A stretch of 64,000 nucleotides of DNA from Deltaproteobacteria bacterium (GTDB lineage: Bacteria > Desulfobacterota > Desulfuromonadia > Geobacterales > JAJYBI01): contig JAJYBI010000015.1 in assembly GCA_021779095.1 (NCBI GenBank), positions 10,344-74,343 on the forward strand, written 5' to 3'. The notes beneath the pieces were generated by a model, which saw only the letters and a program-made list of their open reading frames with translations, was not told the DNA's origin and searched no databases. Positions 17,061 through 26,683 of the stretch are shown here, one piece after another (position 1 is the stretch's first letter; every line of letters begins with the position of its first letter). Position numbers and translations under genes: made by a program.

Positions 17061-18459
17061 AGCGGGGACGTTACCCGTACTTCTGGTGGACGACGAGCCG
17101 AACATCCTGAAGGTCTCCCAGCTGACGCTGCAGAGCAAGGGTATCCGGGACGTGATTGCCCTGGACGACAGTCGTGGGCTGCTGGCGCTGCTGGCGCGCC
17201 AGGAGGTCGGGGTCATCGTGCTGGACCTCTTCATGCCGCACCTGTCGGGGCTCGACCTGCTGCCGAAGATCAACCGCGATTATCCCCATATCCCGATCAT
17301 CGTCATGACGGCGGTCGATGCGACCCAGACCGCCGTGGACTGCATGAAGGCAGGGGCGTTTGATTACCTGGTGAAGCCGGTGGATTCGTCACGCCTGGTG
17401 GCCACGGTGAAGAAGGCGATCGATATGCGCGCCTTGTCCGACGAGCTCTCCACCCTCAAGCAGTACCTCCTGGACGACCACCTGGAACATGCCGACGCCT
17501 TTTCCGCCATCCTGACGACCAGCAAGAAGATGCGTGCCATCTTCCAGTACATGGAGGTCGTGGCGAAGTCCCGCCAGCCGGTCCTCATCGTCGGGGAGAC
17601 GGGGGTCGGCAAGGAGCTGTTCGCCCGGGCCATCCACACGCTCAGCAACACCGGCCGGGATTTCGTGGCGGTGAACGTCGCCGGGCTGGACGATGCCATG
17701 TTCTCCGACACCCTGTTCGGTCACCGCAAGGGGGCATTCACCGGTGCCGATCAGGCGCGGGACGGTCTGATCGCCCGGGCGGCGGGGGGGACCCTGTTTC
17801 TCGACGAGATCGGCGATCTGAACGAATCGTCCCAGATCAAGCTGTTGCGGCTCCTGCAGGAGATGGAGTACTACCCCGTCGGTTCGGATACGGTGCGCAA
17901 GACCGATGCGCGGATCGTGCTGGCCACGAACCACGACCTGCAGAAGCAGATCGCCGAGGGGAAGTTCCGCAACGACCTGTACTACCGGCTCTGTGCACAC
18001 CAGATCCTCATCCCGCCTTTACGGGAGCGGCCCGAGGATATCAGGATCCTCCTGGAGTACATCCTGGAGGATGCGGCCCGGTCGCTCGGCAAGAAGGCCC
18101 CGTCCTATCCGCCCGAACTGGTTACCCTGCTGGAGACCTACTCGTTTCCCGGCAACGTCCGCGAACTGCAGGCCATGGTGCACGATGCCGTCACCCGGCA
18201 CACTGGCGGGGTGCTGTCCATGGAGCGGTTCCGGTCGGTTGTGGGGGAAAACCGGGCCACCGCACTGCCTTCGTCGCCGGACGGAAGCGGGTGCAATCCG
18301 CTTGTCGACCTGTTCGGCCGGTTTCCCGCCATAAGCGATGTGGAGGAGTACATGATCGCCGAGGCGATGAAGCTCGCGAAGGGGAACCAGGGGATCGCCG
18401 CATCGCTTCTGGGGATCACCCGGCAGACCCTCAACAAGCGGCTGAAAAGCGCGGTGTAG
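17050..18459 (+). CDS. Sigma-54-dependent response regulator (NtrC family)
   Basis: Receiver DDE/DLFMP; GETGVGKE, GAFTGA, GTLFLDEIG, FRNDLYYRL, FPGNVRELQ; Fis-type HTH. Overlaps the kinase stop. Confidence 0.95.
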   Translation: MKHKAGTLPVLLVDDEPNILKVSQLTLQSKGIRDVIALDDSRGLLALLARQEVGVIVLDLFMPHLSGLDLLPKINRDYPHIPIIVMTAVDATQTAVDCMKAGAFDYLVKPVDSSRLVATVKKAIDMRALSDELSTLKQYLLDDHLEHADAFSAILTTSKKMRAIFQYMEVVAKSRQPVLIVGETGVGKELFARAIHTLSNTGRDFVAVNVAGLDDAMFSDTLFGHRKGAFTGADQARDGLIARAAGGTLFLDEIGDLNESSQIKLLRLLQEMEYYPVGSDTVRKTDARIVLATNHDLQKQIAEGKFRNDLYYRLCAHQILIPPLRERPEDIRILLEYILEDAARSLGKKAPSYPPELVTLLETYSFPGNVRELQAMVHDAVTRHTGGVLSMERFRSVVGENRATALPSSPDGSGCNPLVDLFGRFPAISDVEEYMIAEAMKLAKGNQGIAASLLGITRQTLNKRLKSAV

Positions 18460-18516
18460 CGGTTCTGTCGAGGCGGCGGGGACAGCCGCCGTTACGAAAA
18501 CCCATCGGAGGAGAGT

Positions 18517-18990
18517 ATGTTGAAGATCGCCGTCAGCACCGCAGTCCTGCTGTGTACCGTTGCCGCCGGGCTGGCTTTTGCCGCGCCGCCGGTGAAACCG
18601 TCGCCCCGGGACAAGTGCCCGGTCTGCGGCATGTTCGTGGCCAAATATCCCGATTTCACCACGCACCTGGAGTACCGGGACGGGACGGTCGTCTTCTTCG
18701 ACGGCTCCAAGGACCTGTTCCGGTACCTGCACGACCTGAAGAAATACGCGCCGGGCCGTAAGCTCGCGGACATCGGCCGGATCATGGTCGACGACTACTA
18801 CAGCCTGAAACAGATCGATGCCCGTTCCGCCTGGTTCGTCCTGGGGAGCGACGTGTACGGCCCCATGGGAAAGGAGCTCGTCGCCTTCAGCACGAAGGCC
18901 GACGCCGAGGGGTTCAGCCGCGACCACCTGGGGAAGGGGATACTCCGGTTCAGGGAGGTTACCTCCGCCATCCTGAAGGGGCTTGAATGA
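18517..18990 (+). CDS. NosL-family metal-binding periplasmic protein
   Basis: Signal peptide (AFA-A); CPVCGM, FFDGSKDLF, IDARSAWFVLGSDVYGPMGKELVAF pattern of the NosL/MerB-like fold. Confidence 0.85.
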   Translation: MLKIAVSTAVLLCTVAAGLAFAAPPVKPSPRDKCPVCGMFVAKYPDFTTHLEYRDGTVVFFDGSKDLFRYLHDLKKYAPGRKLADIGRIMVDDYYSLKQIDARSAWFVLGSDVYGPMGKELVAFSTKADAEGFSRDHLGKGILRFREVTSAILKGLE

Positions 18991-19304
18991 CACCTTTCCT
19001 GCCCCGCAGGTCCACCCTGTATCTGACGTTCGTGGCGCTGTCGCTGCTGGTCCTGGCCGGACTGTTCATGAACGGCGCGCGCAGGGTGGCGGCGTCGGGC
19101 CCCCGTCTTGCGGAGGAGCGGCGCCAGGTGCGGGCGTATGGGTTGACCGACCTGGTGCTGTTCACCGATGCCCGCTACACCCGCCACCCCTCCATGGCCG
19201 ACCGGAATGCCCCGTTCCAGGACTACCCCCAGGCGCTGGAGCATTTCCCGTCCGGCTCCCTGATGCCACCACCCCCCCACGTGAGGTTCCATGAGCGCCG
19301 TTGA
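18987..19304 (+). CDS. Small membrane-anchored hypothetical protein
   Basis: One N-terminal TM; LTDLVLFTDARYTRHPSMAD...PFQDYP..LEHFPSGS; overlaps both neighbours. Confidence 0.75.
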   Translation: MTPFLPRRSTLYLTFVALSLLVLAGLFMNGARRVAASGPRLAEERRQVRAYGLTDLVLFTDARYTRHPSMADRNAPFQDYPQALEHFPSGSLMPPPPHVRFHERR

Positions 19305-20424
19305 ACGTCACCGCAACATCCTCGATTTCACCCTTGCCTCCCTTATGCGTCGCAAAGGAAAGAACAGCGCCCTCATCGTCGTCTATACCCTGGTGGTGTT
19401 CGTGCTGGCGTCGGCCCTCTTCTTCACCCAGGCGATCCGCAGGGAGGCGGGGCTCGTGCTGACCGACGCTCCCGAACTGGTGGTGCAGCGGCTGGTGGCG
19501 GGACGGCACGACCTGATCCCCACCGCGTACCTGGAGAAGATCCGTGACATCCGCGGCGTGACCGGAGCCCGGAGCCGGCTCTGGGGGTACTATTACGACG
19601 CCACCGTCGGCGCCAACTACACCCTGGAGGTGCCGCTGGAGGCGCCTCCGCCCGAGGGCTCCGTCATCGTGGGGGAGGGGCTCGCCCGGACGAGCGGCGC
19701 CGCCGTGGATTCCCTCATGCCGTTTCGCACCACCAGGGGGGAGATCACCACCTTCGCGGTGTCGAAAATCCTCCCCTCGGACTCCTCCCTCGTATCCGCC
19801 GATCTGGTGCTCCTGTCGGAAAAGGACTTCCGGGAGATGTTCGGCGTCGACCGGGCACACGCCACCGACCTGGCGGTGACGGTGAGGAACAAGAAAGAGA
19901 TCCCGGTCATCGCCCGCAAGATCGCCGAGGCGCTCCCCGACACCCGCACCATCTCCCGGGACGAGATCCTGCGCACCTACGATGCGGTGTTCAGCTGGCG
20001 CGGGGGGATCATGCTGGCGCTCCTGGCCGGGGCGGTGCTGGCGTTCGTCATCTTCGCCTGGGACCGGGCGGCGGGGCTCTCCGCCGAGGAGCGCAAGGAG
20101 ATCGGCATCCTGAAGGCGATCGGCTGGGAGACCTCCGACGTGCTCCTGATGAAGTTCTGGGAGGGGGTGGCCGTCTCCCTTACCGCGTTTCTTCTCGGGA
20201 TCGTCGCCGCCTACGTCCATGTCTTCTTCGCCTCCGCCGGCCTGTTCGAGCCGGTACTGAAGGGGTGGTCGGTGCTCTATCCCCGGTTCCGGCTGGTGCC
20301 GTTCATCGACTTCCCCCAGGTGGCGGCCCTGTTCTTCCTGACCGTCGTTCCCTATACGGTGGCGACGGTCATCCCGTCGTGGCGCGCCGCCACGGTGGAT
20401 CCCGACGCGGTGATGAGGGGGTAG
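19291..20424 (+). CDS. ABC transporter permease, FtsX/MacB/LolE-like
   Basis: N-terminal TM, periplasmic domain, ERKEIGILKAIGW motif, three C-terminal TMs. Confidence 0.9.
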   Translation: MSAVERHRNILDFTLASLMRRKGKNSALIVVYTLVVFVLASALFFTQAIRREAGLVLTDAPELVVQRLVAGRHDLIPTAYLEKIRDIRGVTGARSRLWGYYYDATVGANYTLEVPLEAPPPEGSVIVGEGLARTSGAAVDSLMPFRTTRGEITTFAVSKILPSDSSLVSADLVLLSEKDFREMFGVDRAHATDLAVTVRNKKEIPVIARKIAEALPDTRTISRDEILRTYDAVFSWRGGIMLALLAGAVLAFVIFAWDRAAGLSAEERKEIGILKAIGWETSDVLLMKFWEGVAVSLTAFLLGIVAAYVHVFFASAGLFEPVLKGWSVLYPRFRLVPFIDFPQVAALFFLTVVPYTVATVIPSWRAATVDPDAVMRG

Positions 20425-20425
20425 C

Positions 20426-21112
20426 GTGATCGATCTGCAGGATATCCAGAAGACCTTCAACAAGGGGCGCCCCAACGAATACGTGGCGGTGCGCCGTGTG
20501 TCGCTCAAGGTGGAGCCGCAGCTGGTGACCGTGCTGAAAGGTCCGAGCGGTTCGGGCAAGACCACGCTCCTTTCCCTCCTCGGCTGCATGACGCGCCCCA
20601 CCTCGGGGCGGATCTTCCTCGACGGCCGGGAGATCACGAGCCTCCCCGAGCGGTTCCTGACCGAGATCCGCCGCCGGACCTACGGCTTCATCTTCCAGCA
20701 GTTCAACCTGGTGAAGGGGATCACGGTGCTGGAGAACGTCATGCTCCCCGCCTACCCGACGGGGGAGCGGCGCGCCGTGCTGCGCGACCGGGCGATGGAG
20801 CTCCTGGAGCTGTTCAGCATGGCCCACAAGGCCCCGTCGAAGGTGGAGTGGCTTTCCGGCGGCGAGTCCCAGCGGGTCGCCATCGCCCGGGCGCTCATCA
20901 ACGACCCCGGGTACGTCATCGCCGACGAACCGACGGCCCACCTCGATACGGCGCTGTCCCGCGAGTTCATGGAGATCGTGGCGACCCTGAAAGGGCGGGG
21001 GAAGACGATCGTCATGGCGAGCCACGATCCGATCGTCTGCAGCGAGGGGCTGGTGGACCGGATCGTAGAGGTGCGTGACGGCTCACTCGTTTCTGACGGG
21101 CCGCACCGATGA
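20426..21112 (+). CDS. ABC transporter ATP-binding protein, LolD/MacB-like
   Basis: GPSGSGKTT, GFIFQQFNL, LSGGESQRVAIARAL, ADEPTAHLD. Confidence 0.93.
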   Translation: MIDLQDIQKTFNKGRPNEYVAVRRVSLKVEPQLVTVLKGPSGSGKTTLLSLLGCMTRPTSGRIFLDGREITSLPERFLTEIRRRTYGFIFQQFNLVKGITVLENVMLPAYPTGERRAVLRDRAMELLELFSMAHKAPSKVEWLSGGESQRVAIARALINDPGYVIADEPTAHLDTALSREFMEIVATLKGRGKTIVMASHDPIVCSEGLVDRIVEVRDGSLVSDGPHR

Positions 21113-22101
21113 TCCTCCACCCCTCCATCATCGCCCTCCTCACCGGCTCGATCCTCACCTCGGGGATGCTCCTGTACGCGGCGGTCTTCGCGGTGCAGAT
21201 CCTGCGGCACTGGGACCTTTCAAGCGGCAGCGAGCTGCAGCTGCAGCTGGAACGGAAGACCTACCTCATCTCCACCCTCATGACCTACGCGCTCGGGTTC
21301 CAGCTCATCGCGCTCTTCCTGTTCATCTACACCGCCAACAGCCTCTGCTCCCAGCTGATCGGGGCCATGTGCGCCGTGGGGAGCCTTAAGGCCAACCAGT
21401 GGGGGTACCCCGCCGTCGTGCTCCAGGCCGTTTCCTTCCTGGTCGCCGGGGTCTGGCTGGTCGTGAACGGTGCCGACAACCGGGGGTACGACTATCCGCT
21501 CGTCCGGAAGAAGTACCTGCTGCTCCTGATCGTCGCCCCGCTGGTCATGGCCCAGACGATCGTGGAGGCGCTCTACTTCCTCTCCCTGAAGGTGAACATC
21601 ATCACCTCCTGCTGCGGCACCCTCTTCGGCGCCAACGTCACCGACCAGTCCGGCAACCTGCTGTCGTTGCCTCGGGTGCCGCTCCAGATCGCCTTCTGGG
21701 GGATTTTCGCCGTCACCTTTGCCGCGGGGCTCGCCTTCTGCCTGCGGGGGCGGCTGGGGTGGCTGTATGCCGCCGGCAGCGCCCTGTTCCTGCCGGTCGC
21801 CATCGCCTCCCTCATCTCCTTCGTCTCGCCCTACGTCTACGAACTGCCGACCCACCACTGCCCGTTCTGCCTCCTGCAGCCCGAGTACCGTTACATCGGC
21901 TACCTCTTCTACCTGACCATCTTCACCGGCGGGGTTGCGGGGCTCGGCACGGGGGTCCTTCTGCCGTTCCGCCGCATCCCGAGCCTCGCGGAGCTCCTGC
22001 CGTCATACCTGCGCCGTCTGGCCGTCCTGGGGCTTGCGTGCTACACTGTATTTACAGTGAGTGCCGTCGTCGAGATCGCCTTTTCCCACCTGCGCATCTG
22101 A
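21109..22101 (+). CDS. Cys/His-rich polytopic membrane protein of unknown function
   Basis: About 8 hydrophobic segments; GAMCAVG, ITSCCGTLF and YELPTHHCPFC motifs; ATGA overlap. Confidence 0.8.
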   Translation: MILHPSIIALLTGSILTSGMLLYAAVFAVQILRHWDLSSGSELQLQLERKTYLISTLMTYALGFQLIALFLFIYTANSLCSQLIGAMCAVGSLKANQWGYPAVVLQAVSFLVAGVWLVVNGADNRGYDYPLVRKKYLLLLIVAPLVMAQTIVEALYFLSLKVNIITSCCGTLFGANVTDQSGNLLSLPRVPLQIAFWGIFAVTFAAGLAFCLRGRLGWLYAAGSALFLPVAIASLISFVSPYVYELPTHHCPFCLLQPEYRYIGYLFYLTIFTGGVAGLGTGVLLPFRRIPSLAELLPSYLRRLAVLGLACYTVFTVSAVVEIAFSHLRI

Positions 22102-22149
22102 CGAACGCGGGACGTTCCCGGCGAACCGGCGCTCGCGAGGAGGTGCAGC

Positions 22150-24201
22150 ATGACCACCACACATCACGCCGGCGCCGGCGAACGGATACGCCGGCTTCTT
22201 GAGATCGACCGGACACTCCTTCCCCCCGACGGCGGCCCCCGCTTCAACCGCCTCATCTTTTCCACCAATACGTATCTCCTGCAGCACGCGGAAAACCCGG
22301 TGGACTGGTACCCCTGGGGAGACGAGGCGTTTGCGCGTGCCCGTGCCGAGGACAAGCCGGTGCTCGTCTCCATCGGCTACGCCACCTGCCACTGGTGCCA
22401 CATGATGGAACGCGAGTCGTTCGAGGACCCGGAGGTGGCGGCCGCCATCAACCGGAACTGCATCGCCGTCAAGGTGGACCGGGAGGAGCGGCCGGACATC
22501 GACGAACAGTACATGGCGACGGCCCGGATGATGATCGGGAACCCGGGGTGGCCGCTGAACGTCATCATGACCCCGGACCGGATTCCGTTCTTCGTCGCCA
22601 CCTACCTGCCGAAGGAGTCCCGCGACGACTATACCGGCATCGCCGAGATCATGGAGAAGATCGGCGAGGTGTGGCGTTCCGACCGTGAGAAGGTCGCCGC
22701 CACCTGCGCCGAGGTCGCCGCCAGGCTCGCCGACCTGGGGGCGCCGCAGCCGGCAGGACTCCCCGGCCACGAACTGCTCGCGGACGCCTACAATACGGTC
22801 GCCGCGGCCTACGACCAGGAGTGGGGCGGGTTTGGCCAGCCCCCCAAGTTTCCCCGGCCGCTCCACCTCCTCTTCCTCCTGCGGGTCCAGTCCCGTTTCC
22901 GCCATCCGGTGGCGCTCACGCTGGTGGAGTCCACCCTCCGGACCATGCGGGCGGGCGGCGTGTACGACCAGCTCGGTTTCGGCTTCCACCGCTACAGCAC
23001 CGACCGGCACTGGCTCGTCCCCCATTTCGAGAAGATGCTCTACGACCAGGCGTTGGTCGCCCTGGCGGCCATCGAGACCTTCCAGGCCACGCAGGACGAC
23101 CGGTACCGGAGAATCGCCGCCGAGATCTTTACCTATTTACTGCGCGACCTCACCGTGCCGGATGGGGGATTCTCTTCCGCCGAGGACGCGGACACGGAGG
23201 GGGGCGAGGGGACCTACTACCTCTGGACGCCGGCAGAGCTGCGGGAACTCCTGGGGGACGAGGACGGGGCGCGCTTCGGCGAGCTGTTCGACGTGACGAC
23301 AGGGGGTAACTTCGAGGGGAAGAGCATCCTGCACCGCACCTCCCCCGAGGACCTGCCGGACCGGTTCGAAGGATGGCGGCAGACGCTCCTGACGGCGCGG
23401 GCGCGGCGGGTGCGGCCGTTGCGGGACGAAAAGGTGCTCACCGCCTGGAACGGCCTTGCGGTGGCGGCCCTCGCGCGCGGACACGCCGTCACCGGCGAGG
23501 AGGCGTGGCGTAACGCCGCCGAGCGGGCGGCCCGGTTCGTCCTTTCCCGGCTGGTGACCCCGGAGGGGCGGCTCCTGCGGAGCTGGCACGCCGGTGAGGC
23601 GGCGGTCCCCGGCTTCCTGGAGGACTACGCCTTCTTCACCTGGGGGCTCATCGAGCTGTTCCAGGCGACCCTGCAGCGTGAATGGCTGGACCGGGCGCTG
23701 GGCCTCACGGACGAGATGCAGCGGCTCTTCGGCGACGGCAGCGGCGGCCTGTACGACACCGGCGCCGATGCGGAGGCGCTGCCGGTGCGGATGCGGTCGA
23801 TCCGCGACGGGGTGATCCCCGCCGGGGCGTCGGTCGCGGCGCTGAACATCCTGCGACTCGGCCGGATCGTGAACGACGGGGCGTTCACGAGGGCGGGAGA
23901 GGCGCTCCTGCAGTCCTGCATGGGGACGGTGCAGCTGCAGCCGGCGGAGCACCTGTTCATGCTGGTCGCCCTCGACTTCATCCTCGGCGCCCGGCTGGAG
24001 GCGGGGATCGTCGGCGGGACGGACGAGGAGCGGCAGGCGGCCGTGCAGACCCTTCACCACCACTTCATCCCGGGGCTCGTGGTGAACGCGCCGCCGGGGG
24101 ACGGCCCGTTCGCCGTGCATATCTGCACGACCGGCAGCTGCCGGATGCCGGTGCACAGCGTGGCGGAGCTGGAAGGGCAGCTGGGAGCGCTCCTGGGATA
24201 G
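22150..24201 (+). CDS. YyaL/SPATA20-family thioredoxin-domain plus six-hairpin barrel protein, copy 1
   Basis: [68 protein letters not shown]. Confidence 0.92.
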   Translation: MTTTHHAGAGERIRRLLEIDRTLLPPDGGPRFNRLIFSTNTYLLQHAENPVDWYPWGDEAFARARAEDKPVLVSIGYATCHWCHMMERESFEDPEVAAAINRNCIAVKVDREERPDIDEQYMATARMMIGNPGWPLNVIMTPDRIPFFVATYLPKESRDDYTGIAEIMEKIGEVWRSDREKVAATCAEVAARLADLGAPQPAGLPGHELLADAYNTVAAAYDQEWGGFGQPPKFPRPLHLLFLLRVQSRFRHPVALTLVESTLRTMRAGGVYDQLGFGFHRYSTDRHWLVPHFEKMLYDQALVALAAIETFQATQDDRYRRIAAEIFTYLLRDLTVPDGGFSSAEDADTEGGEGTYYLWTPAELRELLGDEDGARFGELFDVTTGGNFEGKSILHRTSPEDLPDRFEGWRQTLLTARARRVRPLRDEKVLTAWNGLAVAALARGHAVTGEEAWRNAAERAARFVLSRLVTPEGRLLRSWHAGEAAVPGFLEDYAFFTWGLIELFQATLQREWLDRALGLTDEMQRLFGDGSGGLYDTGADAEALPVRMRSIRDGVIPAGASVAALNILRLGRIVNDGAFTRAGEALLQSCMGTVQLQPAEHLFMLVALDFILGARLEAGIVGGTDEERQAAVQTLHHHFIPGLVVNAPPGDGPFAVHICTTGSCRMPVHSVAELEGQLGALLG

Positions 24202-24223
24202 CGGCTTGCCCTCCCCCCAATCG

Positions 24224-24545
24224 GTCTCACGCAACGCCGCAGCGCCGCAACGAAATCATACTCAAACCTGATGAGCGCTGATCTTCCGCTAAACCCTTCT
24301 CCCTCCGGGAGAAGGTGGCCGGAGGCCGGATGAGGGAGATTTATGAGAGGGGGGATCGGCCTTTTCCCTCACCCCAGCCCTCTCCCAGAGGGAGAGGGGA
24401 CTCTTTAGAAGTCCAGCGAAAGATTGACGCTAATCAGGTACTCAACCATGCAACACGCGCAACACTCTCTCGCTGGTGAGGTGAAAGACTGTTGCGGGGA
24501 ATCCGGCTGGTTTCACGTTGCGTTCGTTGCGGCGTTGCGTGAGAC
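24224..24545. repeat. Outer inverted repeat of about 8-bp periodic CGCAACG units
   Basis: 24224-24255 GTCTCACGCAACGCCGCAGCGCCGCAACGAAA versus reverse complement of 24511-24545 GTCTCACGCAACGCCGCAACGAACGCAACGTGAAA. Confidence 0.85.
24294..24399. repeat. REP doublet (REPIN-like), CCCTCTCCC..GGGAGAGGG family
   Basis: CCCTTCTCCCTCCGGGAGAAGG...TGAGGG inverted against CCCTCACCCCAGCCCTCTCCCAGAGGGAGAGGGG. Confidence 0.85.
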
Positions 24546-24589
24546 GGCCTTTTTCCGGAGGCTCCCGGCCGGAAAGAAGAGGTGACGCC

Positions 24590-26680
24590 ATGAGCAGCGA
24601 ATCCCATTCTACTTCCACCGCAGACCGGGTGCGGCGTCTGCTGGAGGTCGACCGGACCACCCTGCCGCCCGACGGCGGCCCCCGCTACAACCGGCTCATC
24701 TTCGCCGCGAGCCCCTATCTGCTGCAGCATGCGGAAAACCCGGTGGACTGGTACCCGTGGGGGGACGAGGCGTTCGAGCGGGCCCGGGCCGAGGACAAGC
24801 CGCTTCTCGTCTCCATCGGCTACGCCACCTGTCACTGGTGCCATGTGATGGAGCATGAGTCGTTCGAGGACCGGGAGGTGGCGGAGGCGATCAACCGGAA
24901 CTGCGTCGCCGTCAAGGTGGACCGGGAGGAGCGCCCGGATATCGACGACCAGTACATGCTCGCCGCCCGGATGATGACCGGCAGCGGCGGCTGGCCGCTG
25001 AACGTCATCATGACCCCCGACCGGCGGCCGTTCTTCGCCGCCACCTACCTCCCCAGGCATTCCCGCCGCGGCCTTCCCGGTATCATGGAACTTCTGGACA
25101 CCGTCGGCCGGGTCTGGCGTGACCAACGCGGCAAGGTCACGGAGAGCTGCAGCGCCATCGCCGCGGCGCTGGCACAGGCCGGCGTCCCGGAACCGGGCGA
25201 GCTCCCCGGGCACGAGCTCCTGGCGGATGCCGCCGCGCAGATCGCCTCTCTCTTTGATGCCGACTTCGGCGGCTTCGGCGGGGCCCCCAAGTTCCCCATG
25301 CCGGTCTACCTCTCCTTTCTCCTCAGGGTCCATGCCCGGAGTGGCGAGCCGCTGCCGCTGGCCATGGCGGAGGCGACCCTCAAGGCGATCCGGAGCGGCG
25401 GTGTGTACGACCAGCTCGGCTTCGGCCTGCACCGGTACGCCGTGGACCGGGAGTGGCTCGTTCCCCATTTCGAGAAGATGCTCTACGACCAGGCGCTCGT
25501 CGCCCTTGCCGCCACGGAGGCGTACCAGGCGACGGGGGACGACCGGTACCGGCGGATGGCGGCGGAGATCCTCACCTACGTCCAGCGGGACCTGGCGGCG
25601 CCGGACGGCGGGTTCTTCTCCGCGGAGGACGCGGACACGGAAGCGGTGGAGGGGACGTACTACCTCTGGACCCCGCAAGAGCTGACGGCGGTCCTGGGAG
25701 AGCATGAAGGGGTGATGGCGGCGCGGCTCTTCGGCGTCACGCCAGGCGGGAACTTCGAGGGACGGAACATCCTCTCCCTGCCGGAGCCGCCCGAGGCGTT
25801 CGCGGAAAGGTCCGGCATCGTGCCGGAACTCCTCGCGGCGGACCTGGAGCGGTGGCGGCTCAGGCTCCTCGGGGCGCGGCAGCGGCGGGAGCGGCCGTTT
25901 CGGGACGAGAAGATTATCACCGCCTGGAACGGTCTTGCGGTCGCGGCGCTGGCGCGGGGATACGCCGCCACGGGGGAGACCGCCTGGCGGGCGGCGGCGG
26001 AGCGGGCGCTGGCGTTCATCTCGACCCGGCTCGTCTCGCCGGCGGGGCGGCTCCTGCGCAGTCACCACCGGGACGAGGCGACAATCCCCGGTTTCCTGGA
26101 GGACTACGCCTGCCTCGTCTGGGGGCTCATCGAGCTGCACCAGGCGACCCTGGAGCAGTCGCACCTGGACGAGGCTGTGCGGCTCACCGGGGAGATGCTG
26201 CGGCTTTTCGGCGACGGGGAGGGGGGGCTGTACGACACGGGGAGTGACGGTGAGAGGCTGCCGGTGCGGATGAGGAGCGGCCAGGACAACGTGACCCCCG
26301 CCGGCGCCTCCGTGGCGGCGCTGAACCTCCTGCGCCTCGGGCGGATCGCCGACGACGATGACCTGAAGGCGGCGGGAGAGGCGCTCCTGCGCTCCTGCAT
26401 GGGGAGTGTGCAGGAGCAGCCGCTGGGGTACCTGTTCCTGCTGACCGCCCTCGACGCCGCCCACGGCCCGTGGCTGGAGGCGGGGATCGCCGGCGGGACG
26501 CCCGCCGAGCGGACGGCGATGCTGCGGACCCTCGGCCGGCGGTACCTGCCGGGGCTCGCAATCCGCGAGGCGCCGGGGGATGGGGCACTCACGGTGCACA
26601 TCTGCGCCGCCGGCGCCTGCCGTCCGCCGGTGTCGTCCGTCGCGGAGCTGGAGGCGCTGCTGGACGGGCTGGGGGAGTAG
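24590..26680 (+). CDS. YyaL/SPATA20-family protein, copy 2
   Basis: Same motif set ([36 protein letters not shown]); AAGAGG RBS before ATG 24590. Confidence 0.92.
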   Translation: MSSESHSTSTADRVRRLLEVDRTTLPPDGGPRYNRLIFAASPYLLQHAENPVDWYPWGDEAFERARAEDKPLLVSIGYATCHWCHVMEHESFEDREVAEAINRNCVAVKVDREERPDIDDQYMLAARMMTGSGGWPLNVIMTPDRRPFFAATYLPRHSRRGLPGIMELLDTVGRVWRDQRGKVTESCSAIAAALAQAGVPEPGELPGHELLADAAAQIASLFDADFGGFGGAPKFPMPVYLSFLLRVHARSGEPLPLAMAEATLKAIRSGGVYDQLGFGLHRYAVDREWLVPHFEKMLYDQALVALAATEAYQATGDDRYRRMAAEILTYVQRDLAAPDGGFFSAEDADTEAVEGTYYLWTPQELTAVLGEHEGVMAARLFGVTPGGNFEGRNILSLPEPPEAFAERSGIVPELLAADLERWRLRLLGARQRRERPFRDEKIITAWNGLAVAALARGYAATGETAWRAAAERALAFISTRLVSPAGRLLRSHHRDEATIPGFLEDYACLVWGLIELHQATLEQSHLDEAVRLTGEMLRLFGDGEGGLYDTGSDGERLPVRMRSGQDNVTPAGASVAALNLLRLGRIADDDDLKAAGEALLRSCMGSVQEQPLGYLFLLTALDAAHGPWLEAGIAGGTPAERTAMLRTLGRRYLPGLAIREAPGDGALTVHICAAGACRPPVSSVAELEALLDGLGE

Positions 26681-26683
26681 GCG

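Noticed and set aside
18517-22101. nos (N2O reductase) operon
   Set aside because: Only a NosL-like gene is present. The ABC is MacB/LolCDE-type, and nosZ, nosD, nosR and nosY are not in the window.
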